NCBI GenBank assembly: GCA_965198005.1
Contig: CBDAOI010000003.1
Coordinates: forward strand, 352,001-416,000
Length of the DNA: 64,000 nt
Source: Spirochaetia bacterium
GTDB lineage: Bacteria > Spirochaetota > Spirochaetia > SZUA-6 > Bin103
Direction: 5' to 3'
In this document: piece by piece, positions 29,800 to 39,337 of the stretch
Numbering within the stretch: position 1 is the first letter of the stretch
How the letters are laid out: every line of letters starts with the position of its first letter
Made by a program: the position numbers and the translations under genes
The notes under the pieces: model-generated
Told to the model about the DNA's origin: nothing
Databases searched by the model: none
The model's input: only the letters and a program-made list of their open reading frames with translations

Positions 29800-29979
29800 G
29801 GAATCTCGCCACTTCGATCATCGCCGGCGCCGGTCCCGCGGGACCAGCCTGCTCCATCGCCGCCACGAGTATACCGGTATACCGAGCGTTGGCCGGTCCA
29901 CTCCCGCCGGATATTCAGCAAACTCTGGAGGAGCTCGCCTCGTAACGGCCCCGACTTGACCGCGAGGACGCTCTGAGTA

Positions 29980-30279
29980 ATGCGTGCGCAGCGCCCCGAG
30001 ATCACCGCCCGCACGATCGAATCGTACCTCCACAACCTCTATCGTGCGCAGCCTGACTTCGTCTACAGCGTGTCCCGCGACTTCGCGCGATCGTGCCCCA
30101 CGCCGATCCTGGTCATGCCCGATGACGCACCATCGCACCCCTACCAGACATCCATGGACGTTGTCGCGCTGGCGCCACACGCCGAAGTTACTCCCTTCCC
30201 CTGGGCAGACCAACCCGAAACGCTAGCCCAGACCATCCAACAGGTGCGCGATTTCCTGCACGCCCACGAACCCACGTGA
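29980..30279 (+). pseudogene. C-terminal fragment of an alpha/beta hydrolase
   Basis: DFVYSVSRDFARSCPTPILVMPDD..SHPY..APHAEV..W resembles an a/b hydrolase C-terminus; no N-terminal half. Confidence 0.55.
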
Positions 30280-30308
30280 GAGATTTGGGCATGTTCTTGG
30301 AGTCCCTG

Positions 30309-30515
30309 GGGGCCGTAACCGAGGTGCGCCCGCTCTACAATGGGCAAGGGCGCTCGCCCGCTGGACCAGACGAGCCCGGCTAGCCCCGCTCCCCCGACCG
30401 CGCCCGGCGGCCGGGCGCGAGGTGCTAAGCTGCGGTGGCGCTGCCGATAGGTGCGCCAGCGGCTAGCCGCGAGCATGCAGGTCCAACGCGCGGCGCGCAC
30501 GTCAGTTAGGGCCCC
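30309..30515. mobile_element. 207-bp MITE-like element with 21-bp imperfect terminal inverted repeats
   Basis: Left end GGGGCCGTAACCGAGGTGCGC; right end (reverse complement) GGGGCCCTAACTGACGTGCGC, 18/21 match; related ends at 34280, 35885 and 46728. Confidence 0.65.
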
Positions 30516-30614
30516 AAGACAAAGAGATGAAGGCTACGCGCGGGCCGGCTTCGCCATGGCGTTTCATGGCTCGCCTGTGGCATCGTGGCGCAACGAGGAT
30601 CCACACGCACCCAT

Positions 30615-31445
30615 ATGAGCAAGCACATGATAACCGTCGCGGTGACCGGCTCGGTGCCGACGCGCGACCAACATCCCGGCCTCCCCCACACCCCCGCGGA
30701 GATCGCCGACGCCACCTACGACTGCTACCGAGCAGGCGCCGCCATCGTCCATATCCATGTGCGCGATCCCGAGACGGGGGTCGCCACTTACCGACTCGAG
30801 CTGTTTCGGGAGTGCGTCGAGCGCATCCGCGAGAAATGCGACATCCTCATCAACCTGACGACCAGCGGCAACAACATCCCCCGTAAGAACGTGATCGAGG
30901 AACGGCTGGAGCCGGTCGAGCTCGGCACCGAGCTGTGCTCCCTCGACATCGGGTCGCTCAACCTGGGGTACCGCCCGGCGGTCTTTCAGAACCCATCCGA
31001 CTGGAGTCTGACCGCGGCGCAACGAATGCGGGAGCGAGGCGTAAAGCCGGAGATCGAGGTGTTCGACATGGGCCACGCCTGGCAGGCGCGTGCCATGATC
31101 GAGCAGGGGCTGTTCGACGATCCGCCCTATGTGCAGATCTGCATGGGAGTGAGGTGGGGCATCGAGGGGACGCCGGAGAACCTGCTGCTAATGCGCAAGC
31201 AGCTGCCCGCCGACATCCCCTGGTCGGTGCTGGGTGTGGGGCGCGCGCAGCTGCCGCTCATCACCATGGCGGTGATCCTCGGCGGACACGTGCGCGTGGG
31301 TTTCGAAGACAACCTCTACCTGCGCAAGGGGGTGCTGCTCGAGAGCAACGCGCAGATGGTGGAGGCTGCCGCCAACATCATTCAGCAGCAGCAGGGTGAG
31401 GTGGCCACCACCACCGACGCTCGCCAGATCCTTGGCATCAACTGA
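30615..31445 (+). CDS. 3-keto-5-aminohexanoate cleavage enzyme family (BKACE/DUF849)
   Basis: ITVAVTG, AGAAIVHIHVRD, SLDIGSLN, KPEIEVFD, GGHVRVGFEDN. Confidence 0.92.
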   Translation: MSKHMITVAVTGSVPTRDQHPGLPHTPAEIADATYDCYRAGAAIVHIHVRDPETGVATYRLELFRECVERIREKCDILINLTTSGNNIPRKNVIEERLEPVELGTELCSLDIGSLNLGYRPAVFQNPSDWSLTAAQRMRERGVKPEIEVFDMGHAWQARAMIEQGLFDDPPYVQICMGVRWGIEGTPENLLLMRKQLPADIPWSVLGVGRAQLPLITMAVILGGHVRVGFEDNLYLRKGVLLESNAQMVEAAANIIQQQQGEVATTTDARQILGIN

Positions 31446-32972
31446 GCGGGCGCCATCGAGGTTCAGACTAGGCTCCTCTACACCACCTCTATCCCTGGTC
31501 CGGCCATCCAGGCGCGGTGGCTGCGCCGCCTCCGCCCCCTCCCGGCCCGCCGGTAGCCCGTCGTAGCGCGCCATCATCTCCGCCGCCGTCGACAACGCCT
31601 GCGGCACCCTGCTGGTAAACAGCACCTCGTCCGGCAGCAGCGGCGGCGGCTGCTGCGGATAGCGCACATCGGGGGTGAACAGCCCGGCGCCGATGTCGGT
31701 CTGATTGACCAACGCCCCGGCGACCATGCCCAGCTCGACCTCGTTATCCCACGAATCGCGTCCGATCGCGCCCCACAGCGGCGTGCGCAGCAGCTCCAGG
31801 GCCGACCCGCCGGCCTGCTCCACCAGCTCCGGCTGCGGAAACACCTGATCGAGATCGATCTTGAAGGTGGCGCGAAGCTGGGGATCGACCACCACCTGCC
31901 AGATCGCGGCGATCGCCTTCAGGAAGTTGTAGTGGCGTGCGTAACGGCCATCGACGCCGAAGATCTGCAGCAGGGCGGCGGCATCCGGATTCTCGGCCAC
32001 GGCCGTCGGCAGCAGGAGCTGCTCGATGAGCTGCGACGTGTCCGACTCGGTAAAGACGTACACCTCCAGGTTGCGCATGCCACCGGCGGCACGCAACAGG
32101 TCGCTCACGTACCCACCTGCCAGCGGCTGCAGCCCGGCGTGGGTGGTGGAGACCGACAGCACGCAGGTGGCTCGCTGCCGCGCGGGCAGATTGCCGCGCG
32201 CACGCTCCTGTTCGAGCGCGTCGTCGAGGGCGCGCAGCCCATAGAGGATCTCGTTGCTACTCGGCGGGGTGCCGATGGGGATGGGGTGGTCGTACCAGAA
32301 CAGCTGAGGCTCGCTCGCCACCTTCGCTACGCGCGCATGCAGGTCTTCAGACAGCTCGCTGGCGCCCGCGGCTGGCAAGCCGAGCAGCACGTTGGCGGTG
32401 AACAGAATCTGCCGTGCCGGATGCTGCAACGGCGACGGATTGAGGGCCGTGATCCGCACGGTCCGCCGATCGCGAAGCTGTCGCACCTGCGCATCGTGGT
32501 CCTCCTGGATGCCAACGCCCTCGGGCATGAACACCTGCCACACACGCTCGGCCGCTGCCCGCTGGTCGTCGCCGCGTGGGTCGCCGCCCCGCTGGTGCCG
32601 CCGCAGCCAGTGTGCCAGCTCGCGCAGCTCCCGATGAGGCGCCGCGGCGCTGGCGATCTCGGTGGCGATTCGGTCGAGGGACTCCAGGTAGAAGGTCGCC
32701 ACCGCCGCCTCCGTCGCCACCGAGGAGGACGCGGCGCTGCCCCTGGCAACCCGCTGCAGCAGCTTACGGGCCTCGGTCCGCAACGGCGATGGGTCGCCGA
32801 GACCCAGCAGGAACGCGGCGTTCAGCGCGCGGAGCTGCGCGTCCGAATCGGTCGCGTCGGGCAAGAACTGATCGGAGGCATCCACGCCGCTGAGCGGCGG
32901 GCCGCCGTCCGTGGGCAGCACCAGCGCCGTGGCGATCGACTCGAAGTGGCCGAGGGCCTCAGCATTTTCCAC
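31188..32972 (-). pseudogene. Conserved-looking hypothetical protein, probably C-terminally truncated near 31500 (possible GT-A-like fold)
   Basis: Protein-like motifs WYDHPIPIG, RHYNFLKAI, FKIDLDQVFPQ; the last ~90 codons run antisense through the BKACE gene. Confidence 0.5.
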
Positions 32973-33434
32973 GTTGCCAGCTTAGCGCCCGCGATGCGCG
33001 CTCGCCACCGACGGCGCCCACGGCGGGAGCGCCGCGAAACTGTGGTAGCGTGTTCATTCAGACCGTGGGCAGGCGGAGCAGCGAGGCGAAGTCCCGCATG
33101 GATCCCACTGGTGATGTATTGCCATCACGGCCTAAGGGCGGCTTCGCCGCCCGTGCGCCTACTAAGCGCGGCGGAGCCGTGCGTGCACGCTATCCGTATA
33201 GCATACGGCTAACGAATGTCACCCCCGCTTCCCGCGCAGGAGCGCAGCGCAGCTATGGCATCTACGGGCATTGACTGGGAGGTCTGTTCTCATCCCTACC
33301 CACAGATTCAATGCGCTCGCCACCGACAGCAGCCGGGGCAGCCGGGGCGGCCGGGGCGTAACCGCTTGACGCCTGCCCACATAGTCCCCGCAGTGCCAGA
33401 TGCTTACCCCGTAGGTATACTGAAACCGGTGGTG

Positions 33435-33881
33435 ATGCCGGAAGACATTCGCGCGCGCTTTCGCGCCTACGGTCGCGCCGGTGGCGGCGCGAGGGCGAGG
33501 AAACTCACTGCCACGGAACGAACCTCGATTGCGCGGCGCGCAGCTGTGGCTCGGTGGACACGCGAGCGCTTTGGGGCCTCCCGCTTCGCCGACCTGGCAC
33601 TACCCGGCGGCGAGCTCGTCGATGAGGGTCTGCGCGACCTGGCAAACGATCGTACGAGCATCGCCAGCCTGCTGGTGTCGCTGGCGGCGCCGCGGCTGCG
33701 GCGTGAGGGGGTCCCGGTGACCTACACACTCGCCGATCCCGAAGTGCGCCTCTATCGGCTACTGGAAGGCACGGAGGGCGAGATGGCGCACGCGCGTTAC
33801 ACCGCACATCTGCGTCAGGTTGCTTCTTTCGCCGACTCCTGTCGCATGATTCGGCTGTCGCGTGCTGCGGCGGTCGCGTGA
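33435..33881 (+). CDS. Putative partner/antitoxin of a DUF6036 nucleotidyltransferase
   Basis: GRAGGGARARKLT..ER..IARRAA..RW N-terminal motif; LPGGELVDEGLRDL..LLVSLAAPRLR; promoter GTGCCA-17-TATACT (33393-33421); GTGA overlap with the next gene. Confidence 0.55.
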   Translation: MPEDIRARFRAYGRAGGGARARKLTATERTSIARRAAVARWTRERFGASRFADLALPGGELVDEGLRDLANDRTSIASLLVSLAAPRLRREGVPVTYTLADPEVRLYRLLEGTEGEMAHARYTAHLRQVASFADSCRMIRLSRAAAVA

Positions 33882-34255
33882 GCAGGGATGCGCACCAGCG
33901 TCACCCGCAGGAGGCTGTTCGATTTTATGCGCCACCTGGCCGAGTCGTCACCTCGGGGCGAGAGTCCACGATCGACGTCGACCTGCACAGCGACGACGAG
34001 GCTGTCTTCCGCGACATCCAGCGCATCAAGGAGCGAGACCACGTGAATGTCGAGCTCGCTCGACCCGAGCACTTCGTCCCGCCGCTGGCCGGCGCGGCCG
34101 ATCGCCACGTCTTCATCGCCACCTTCGGCGCCGTGAGCTTCTTTCACTACGATCCCTACTCCCAGCTCCTCTCGAAGGTGGTGCGCGGCTTCCGGCGAGA
34201 TATCGAGGATGCGCAGCGGTTCGTGGCCAGCGGGATGGTAGAGGTAGCGGCGTGA
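33878..34255 (+). pseudogene. Degenerate DUF6036-like nucleotidyltransferase
   Basis: RESTIDVDL (RxTxDxD NTase motif), NVELA.P..F.P, YDPYSQLLSK..RG..RD..D; the GG motif and C-terminus are missing. Confidence 0.55.
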
Positions 34256-34361
34256 CCTGAGTGTCGATGTCCATTTCTGGGGGCCCCAACTGAAGTGCCC
34301 CCTAGCAACGAAAGGGCGACAGGGACGAGTTCGAAAGACGCAATAGAGTAAGATGAGGCGC

Positions 34362-35791
34362 ATGGCCCGACGCCGACTGCCCATCGGCATCCAGACCTTC
34401 CGCAACCTGCGCGAGCGGGACTGCTACTACGTAGACAAGACCGCCTACGTCGAACGGCTCCTCGACGAAGGCACGACTGGTCGCAGCGCCATCCGGTGGT
34501 GCGGCTGAGCTTCGGCGGCAGCAATTTCACTGAGCCCGCGCATCTGCACGCCAACGTCATGGCGCAACTGGAGGCGGTAGCGGAACAGCAGGGCGTGAGC
34601 GTGCGCTACGCCACCGCGCCGGAGCGGCTAGCCTTTCTACTCAGGACGTTGCACACCCATACCGGGCAGCGGGTGGCGGTGCTGGTGGACGAGTACGACA
34701 AGCCGATCCTCGATGCGCTGGAGAGGGCAGAGGTGGCGCGCGCCAACCGCGACTTTCTGCGCGGGCTGTACGGGGTCATCAAGGACAGCGACGCGCACGT
34801 GCGGTTCACGTTTCTGACGGGCATCAGCAAGTTCTCCAAGGTGAACCTGTTCTCGCAGTTGAACAACCTCACCGACCTCACGCTGGATCCGGTCTACTCG
34901 TCGATCTGCGGGTACACCGAGGGTGACCTCGACACCGTATTCGCACCGGAGCTGGCCGGCTTGGACCGCGAGCGGGTGCGTGAGTGGTATAACGGCTATA
35001 GCTGGCTGGGCACGGAGAAGGTGTACAACCCGTACGACGTGCTGCTGCTGTTTCGCCGCCGTGAATTCGCCGCCCACTGGTTCGAGACCGGCACGCCGGC
35101 GTTCCTGGTGGACACGCTCATCGAGCGGCGGGTCGCGACGGTTACGCTCGACCGCACGGTGAGCACGGCGGAGCTGCTGTCGACGTTCGACGTGGGCAAC
35201 ATCGCCACCGAGGCGCTGCTTTTTCAGACCGGCTACCTGACCATCACCGGCAAAGAGGAGCTGGGGGGCATGGCGCTCTACCGGCTGGGCTATCCCAACC
35301 GGGAGGTGCGGCAGAGCCTGAACGGGGTCCTGCTACGGCAACTGGTGCAGGACGCGAAGCAGCAGACCACCAACAGCATCCGCCTGGCGCGGATGCTAGA
35401 GGCACACGACTGTGCGGGACTCAAGGACCTGTTCGAGGCGTTCTTCGCCAGCATTCCGTATCAGTGGTACACCAATAACGACATCGCTCGGTACGAGGGA
35501 TTCTACGCGAGCGTGGTGTACTCCTATTTCGCGGCGCTAGGGTACGAGATCGCGGTCGAAGACTCGAGCAGCCACAGCCGGCTCGACATGGCGGTGAGGA
35601 CCGGCGGGCATGTGTATCTGTTCGAGTTCAAGGTGGTCGAGATGGCCTCGCCTGGGTCCGCCCTGGCGCAGTTGCGGGAGCGCGACTACGCGGCCAAGTA
35701 CCGGGGGCGCGGCGAGCCCATCCACCTGATCGGGGTGGAGTTCAGCCGCGAGCGGCGCAACGTGACGGCGTTCGAGGTGGCCGACGGCTGA
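34362..35791 (+). pseudogene. AAA-ATPase-like plus PD-(D/E)XK nuclease protein with deleted Walker A segment
   Basis: MARRRLPIGIQTF..YYVDKT at 34362 jumps out of frame to DWSQRHPVVRLSFG; VLVDEYDKP, YNPY and RLDM..FEFK are retained. Confidence 0.85.
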
Positions 35792-36009
35792 CGCTCGGCA
35801 AGGTAACGCTCTCGCTCGAGCGGCAGGTTCCACACGCGGCCCCCCCCCCGACAGCGCCACGAGGCAACGACTCTTTTCTACTTTTGGGCCCAAACTAAAG
35901 TGCGCCTGTAGAACAATGGGCGCCGGCGTGCGTGTGCGGGACCAGACGAGTCGTGCTCGCCTCGCTCACCGAGAAGTGCTTGCCCTCGCGTGGCCGGCCG
36001 GCCATACTC

Positions 36010-36195
36010 CTCGTTCGCCTATGGGGACCGACGCCATCCACTCCAGCCGCCGGCTAGCGCTGACGCGGCGCCACGAGCGCGGTGGGTCGCGCTTGACACG
36101 GATTGGGGACGGCCTCTACACTCGTCCGCGAATGGGCACCGACACCATCCAGCCCAGCCGCTGCCTAGCGCTGACGCGGCGCCACGAGCGCGGTG
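36010..36195 (+). repeat. Two ~75-bp direct repeats with 111-bp period
   Basis: 36010-36084 and 36121-36195 share CTAGCGCTGACGCGGCGCCACGAGCGCGGTG exactly. Confidence 0.85.
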
Positions 36196-36509
36196 CAGCA
36201 ATTCTCGGTGAACAAAAATTGAGAGGGTCGGCGTAGGGGGCAATGGCGGGCGGGACGGCACGTAAGTGGTCGTATAGGTCATGAGTATGTAATAAGTTGC
36301 CTAGCGTCTGGACACTCGATCCCAGGGTGGTCATGCTGTCTCCTGGGGAGTGAAACGCCAAAGGAGGATGGATGGAAAAACCTCCATTTTCTTAAGCTAT
36401 GCTACAATGGGCCGGGGCTATGTCCGAATTTGTCATTGACAAGGACCCAAATCAAGTATCTAGTTCGCTGACTACTTTGACACCCAAATATTCGAATGGA
36501 GGAATTGAC

Positions 36510-37076
36510 GTGAACTCATTTAATGAACAAGTTATTTTTGAAGACCGCTTCGATGGGGCGCTAGACGAAGGCTGGTCATGGCTGAGGGAGAACCCGGACC
36601 GTTGGCGTATTCGAGACAGCGGGCTGGAGATTTGCGTCGAGCCCGGTGACGCGGCTACGGTCAGGAACGCGTTGCTAAGGCCCGCGCCAGACCGCGGCGC
36701 TGGCACATTTGCCATCGAAGTGACCGTTACCAACCACACCTATCCAACCCAGCCGTATGAGCAAGCGGGGATCACCTGGTACAATGACGGCAAGCCGGTA
36801 TTCAAGGAGGTGAAGGAGCTCCTTGACGGCGAGCTTTACATCATCCCCGGGCGGCAGCCGATGCCGGCGAAGAGCGTCCGACTGCGCTTGCTGGTTACCG
36901 CGGATTCTTGGGAAGCACAATATCGCCCCGAAGATGCGACAGAATTCCAAACGGCGGCAACAGGCGACCTTCCCCCGCCGGGCGACGACCAGGTGAGTAT
37001 CCAGTGCTATAACGGCCCGGCAGATGCGGCGCATTGGATTCGGTTCGAGAACTTCAGCATTAAGTCATTAACCTAG
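36510..37076 (+). CDS. Concanavalin A-like beta-sandwich protein (DUF1349 / beta-xylosidase C-terminal-like)
   Basis: FDGALDEGWSWLRE, YEQAGITWY; GGAGG RBS before GTG 36510. Confidence 0.6.
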   Translation: MNSFNEQVIFEDRFDGALDEGWSWLRENPDRWRIRDSGLEICVEPGDAATVRNALLRPAPDRGAGTFAIEVTVTNHTYPTQPYEQAGITWYNDGKPVFKEVKELLDGELYIIPGRQPMPAKSVRLRLLVTADSWEAQYRPEDATEFQTAATGDLPPPGDDQVSIQCYNGPADAAHWIRFENFSIKSLT

Positions 37077-37215
37077 GTACATACCAACTCATGTGCCAGA
37101 CAAGTACCGCAGGATTGCAGGTGCGGTAACTGTTTGGTCTCCATTCGCTGAACAGGTGTTGGAGGGGGACATTCCGGCTTGCGGCACCATGGCGACTACT
37201 GACAGGAGCTCATAG

Positions 37216-38136
37216 ATGACACAGACACTTCCGACGGCGGTTCTGGGTCGTACTGGGCTCGAGGTCACCAGACTGGGATATGGCACCGCGCTTCGTAACC
37301 AGCCCGACCACGGGCAGTGGGGAAGGCTTCTCAACGCCGTCCTGGACTCGGGAATCAACTTCATCGACACGGCCAACGACTACGGCGTTCGATCGGCGAG
37401 CGGCCCCGCGGAGGAGCAGATAGGTCGGCACATCAGTGCCCGGCGCTCGGATTATCGCCTGGCGACGAAGTGTGGATGCGCACCCGACGGCCACATCTGG
37501 ACCAGGGAAAACGCGTTCCGTGGCCTGCATGAGAGCCTGGAGCGCTTGAAGACCGACTACGTCGACATAATGCAGTACCATAACCCCACGGTCGAGGAGT
37601 GCGAGGCCGGGGACCTGGTGGCCGTCCTTCAGGACATGAAGGCGCAGGGTAAGGTGCGCTGGCTGGGCATCTCGACCACCCTGCCTCACCTGCCTACCTA
37701 TCTTGACTGGGGCGTGTTCGATACTTTCCAGATTCCCTACTCGGCCCTGGAACGGGACCACGAAGACTGGATCGCGAAGTCGGCGGAGGCCGGCACCGGC
37801 ATCATCATCCGGGGTGGCGTGGCCCAGGGAGAGCCTGAAGTCGGCTCAGGCCGAGCCGACCGGTGGCAGAAGTTTGAGGAGGCAGGCCTGGACGAGCTAA
37901 TGGAGGAAGGCGAAACCCGGACCACCTTCGTCCTACGCTACACGCTGACCCACCCGTACTCGCACACCAACATCGTGGGCACGTCGAATCTCGACCACCT
38001 GCAAGAGAACATCCGGGGCATTCTGAGAGGCCCGCTGTCGGAAGACGTCTACGTTGAGAGCAAGCGGCGCCTGGCCGCCGCCGGCGGGAGCTGCTGGAGA
38101 TCGATGAGCCGCTCGACTACGAGAATGCGCCGGTGA
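37216..38136 (+). CDS. Aldo/keto reductase
   Basis: LGRTGLEVTRLGYG, GINFIDTA..Y, ATKCG, SLERLKTDYVD; C-terminus runs into downstream debris. Confidence 0.88.
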   Translation: MTQTLPTAVLGRTGLEVTRLGYGTALRNQPDHGQWGRLLNAVLDSGINFIDTANDYGVRSASGPAEEQIGRHISARRSDYRLATKCGCAPDGHIWTRENAFRGLHESLERLKTDYVDIMQYHNPTVEECEAGDLVAVLQDMKAQGKVRWLGISTTLPHLPTYLDWGVFDTFQIPYSALERDHEDWIAKSAEAGTGIIIRGGVAQGEPEVGSGRADRWQKFEEAGLDELMEEGETRTTFVLRYTLTHPYSHTNIVGTSNLDHLQENIRGILRGPLSEDVYVESKRRLAAAGGSCWRSMSRSTTRMRR

Positions 38137-38384
38137 TGCAAGCCCTTCGTGAAGCAAAGGCGCAGGGGCTGTGCCGTTACATTGGCCTCAGTTCGTTGGC
38201 CCGGGCGACCGGTATTTCGATCGCAGCATTGACGGTTCGCTTTTTGATCGCCAATAAAGAACTGTCGACCATCCTTGTGGGTGCGTCCACACCCGAGGAA
38301 CTCGAGGAGAGCGTCGTGGCCGCGCAGGCAGGTCCGCTACCGCCTGATATTCAGCAAACCCTGGAGGAACCTGAAAGACTATAG
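38090..38384 (+). pseudogene. Deleted aldo/keto reductase fragment
   Basis: MQALREAKAQGLCRYIGLS is joined directly to the C-terminal ILVGASTPEELEESV..GPLPPD. Confidence 0.65.
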
Positions 38385-38990
38385 AGACAAAGTCGCGGTG
38401 ATCACCGGCGCAGGGCGCGGCATCGGCCGAGGGATTGCCCTCCACTGTGCCAAGGAAGGGATGAAGGTCGTCTTGGCCGGATTCGGGATGGAATCCCTCA
38501 CCAAGACCGCCGCCGACCTGAAGGCGCTCGGGGCCGAGACGCTGATCGTCCAGACCGATGTATCCCAGGTAGAACAGGTGGAAAACCTGGCAGCAGCCAC
38601 GGTCGAAGCATTTGGGCAGGTCGGGGCCGGGCAAGACACTGGAGCTCACGCTGGACGATTGGAACTGGATCATGGGGGTCAATTTCTACGGGGTGCTCTA
38701 TGGCCTGCGCGCATTCGTCCCCCGCATGAATCAAACGGGAGCAGCCAAGCCATGTGGTCAACGTCTCATCCCTTTCCGGCGTGGTCCCGGGGCGCGGGTC
38801 GTATGGGGTCTCGAAACATGCCGTGGTGGCCCTGACCGAGTCGCTCTATTACGATTTGGCCGAGTTGGCGCCCCACGTCAAGGTTTCGGTACTCTGCCCG
38901 GGTTGGGTGGCGACCGAGTTTTACCGCGTGGATCAATCTCGTCCGGCGCGCGCAGTACCGAAAGAAGGCGGCGCCACACCTCGCCTTTTG
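38370..38990 (+). pseudogene. Fragmented short-chain dehydrogenase/reductase
   Basis: KVAVITGAGRGIGRGIA, WIMGVNFYGV and VNVSS..YGVSKHAV lie in different frames. Confidence 0.8.
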
Positions 38991-39075
38991 GCCCGGCCTG
39001 GCTTTGACGATTACCGTGTACAGCCTGAACATGCTTGGTGACGCGGTGCGCGACCTGCTCGACCCGCGGCTCATC
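38990..39075 (+). pseudogene. C-terminal scrap of a DppC/OppC-type ABC permease
   Basis: Manual translation PGLALTITVYSLNMLGDAVRDLLDPRL. Confidence 0.7.
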
Positions 39076-39179
39076 GGTGGTGCGGCGCGGCTGGGTGCGC
39101 AAGGCGCCAGGTCGGTTTAGGGGGGGTGCGGCACGGCTGGTTCCCGCGTGCATGCGTCGCAAGGCGACGTCATCTCAGC

Positions 39180-39295
39180 CGTTCGGAGACTTCATTCGAC
39201 GAGTAAGGAGTGAGACATGAAGACGATCCAAGTGAGGTTCCCCGACCGCATCCATGGGCGACTCAAAGCGCTCGCCAAGGAAGAAGGTGTTTCGC
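39180..39295 (+). pseudogene. Remnant of a toxin / RHH (HicB-like) antitoxin pair
   Basis: FGDFIRRVRSET* overlaps (ATGA) with MKTIQVRFPDRIHGRLKALAKEEGVS. Confidence 0.5.
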
Positions 39296-39337
39296 CGGTC
39301 GTCATCATCGTCTTCAGCATCAACGTCGGTGGGGTGA

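Noticed and set aside
30309-30515. Integron attC interpretation of the AAC...GTT inverted repeat
   Set aside because: Ends do not fit RYYYAAC/GTTRRRY, the element is longer than typical attC sites, and no integrase is present; kept as MITE-like
36010-36195. Possible mini CRISPR array
   Set aside because: Only two units, repeats of 64-75 bp are too long, and there are no cas genes
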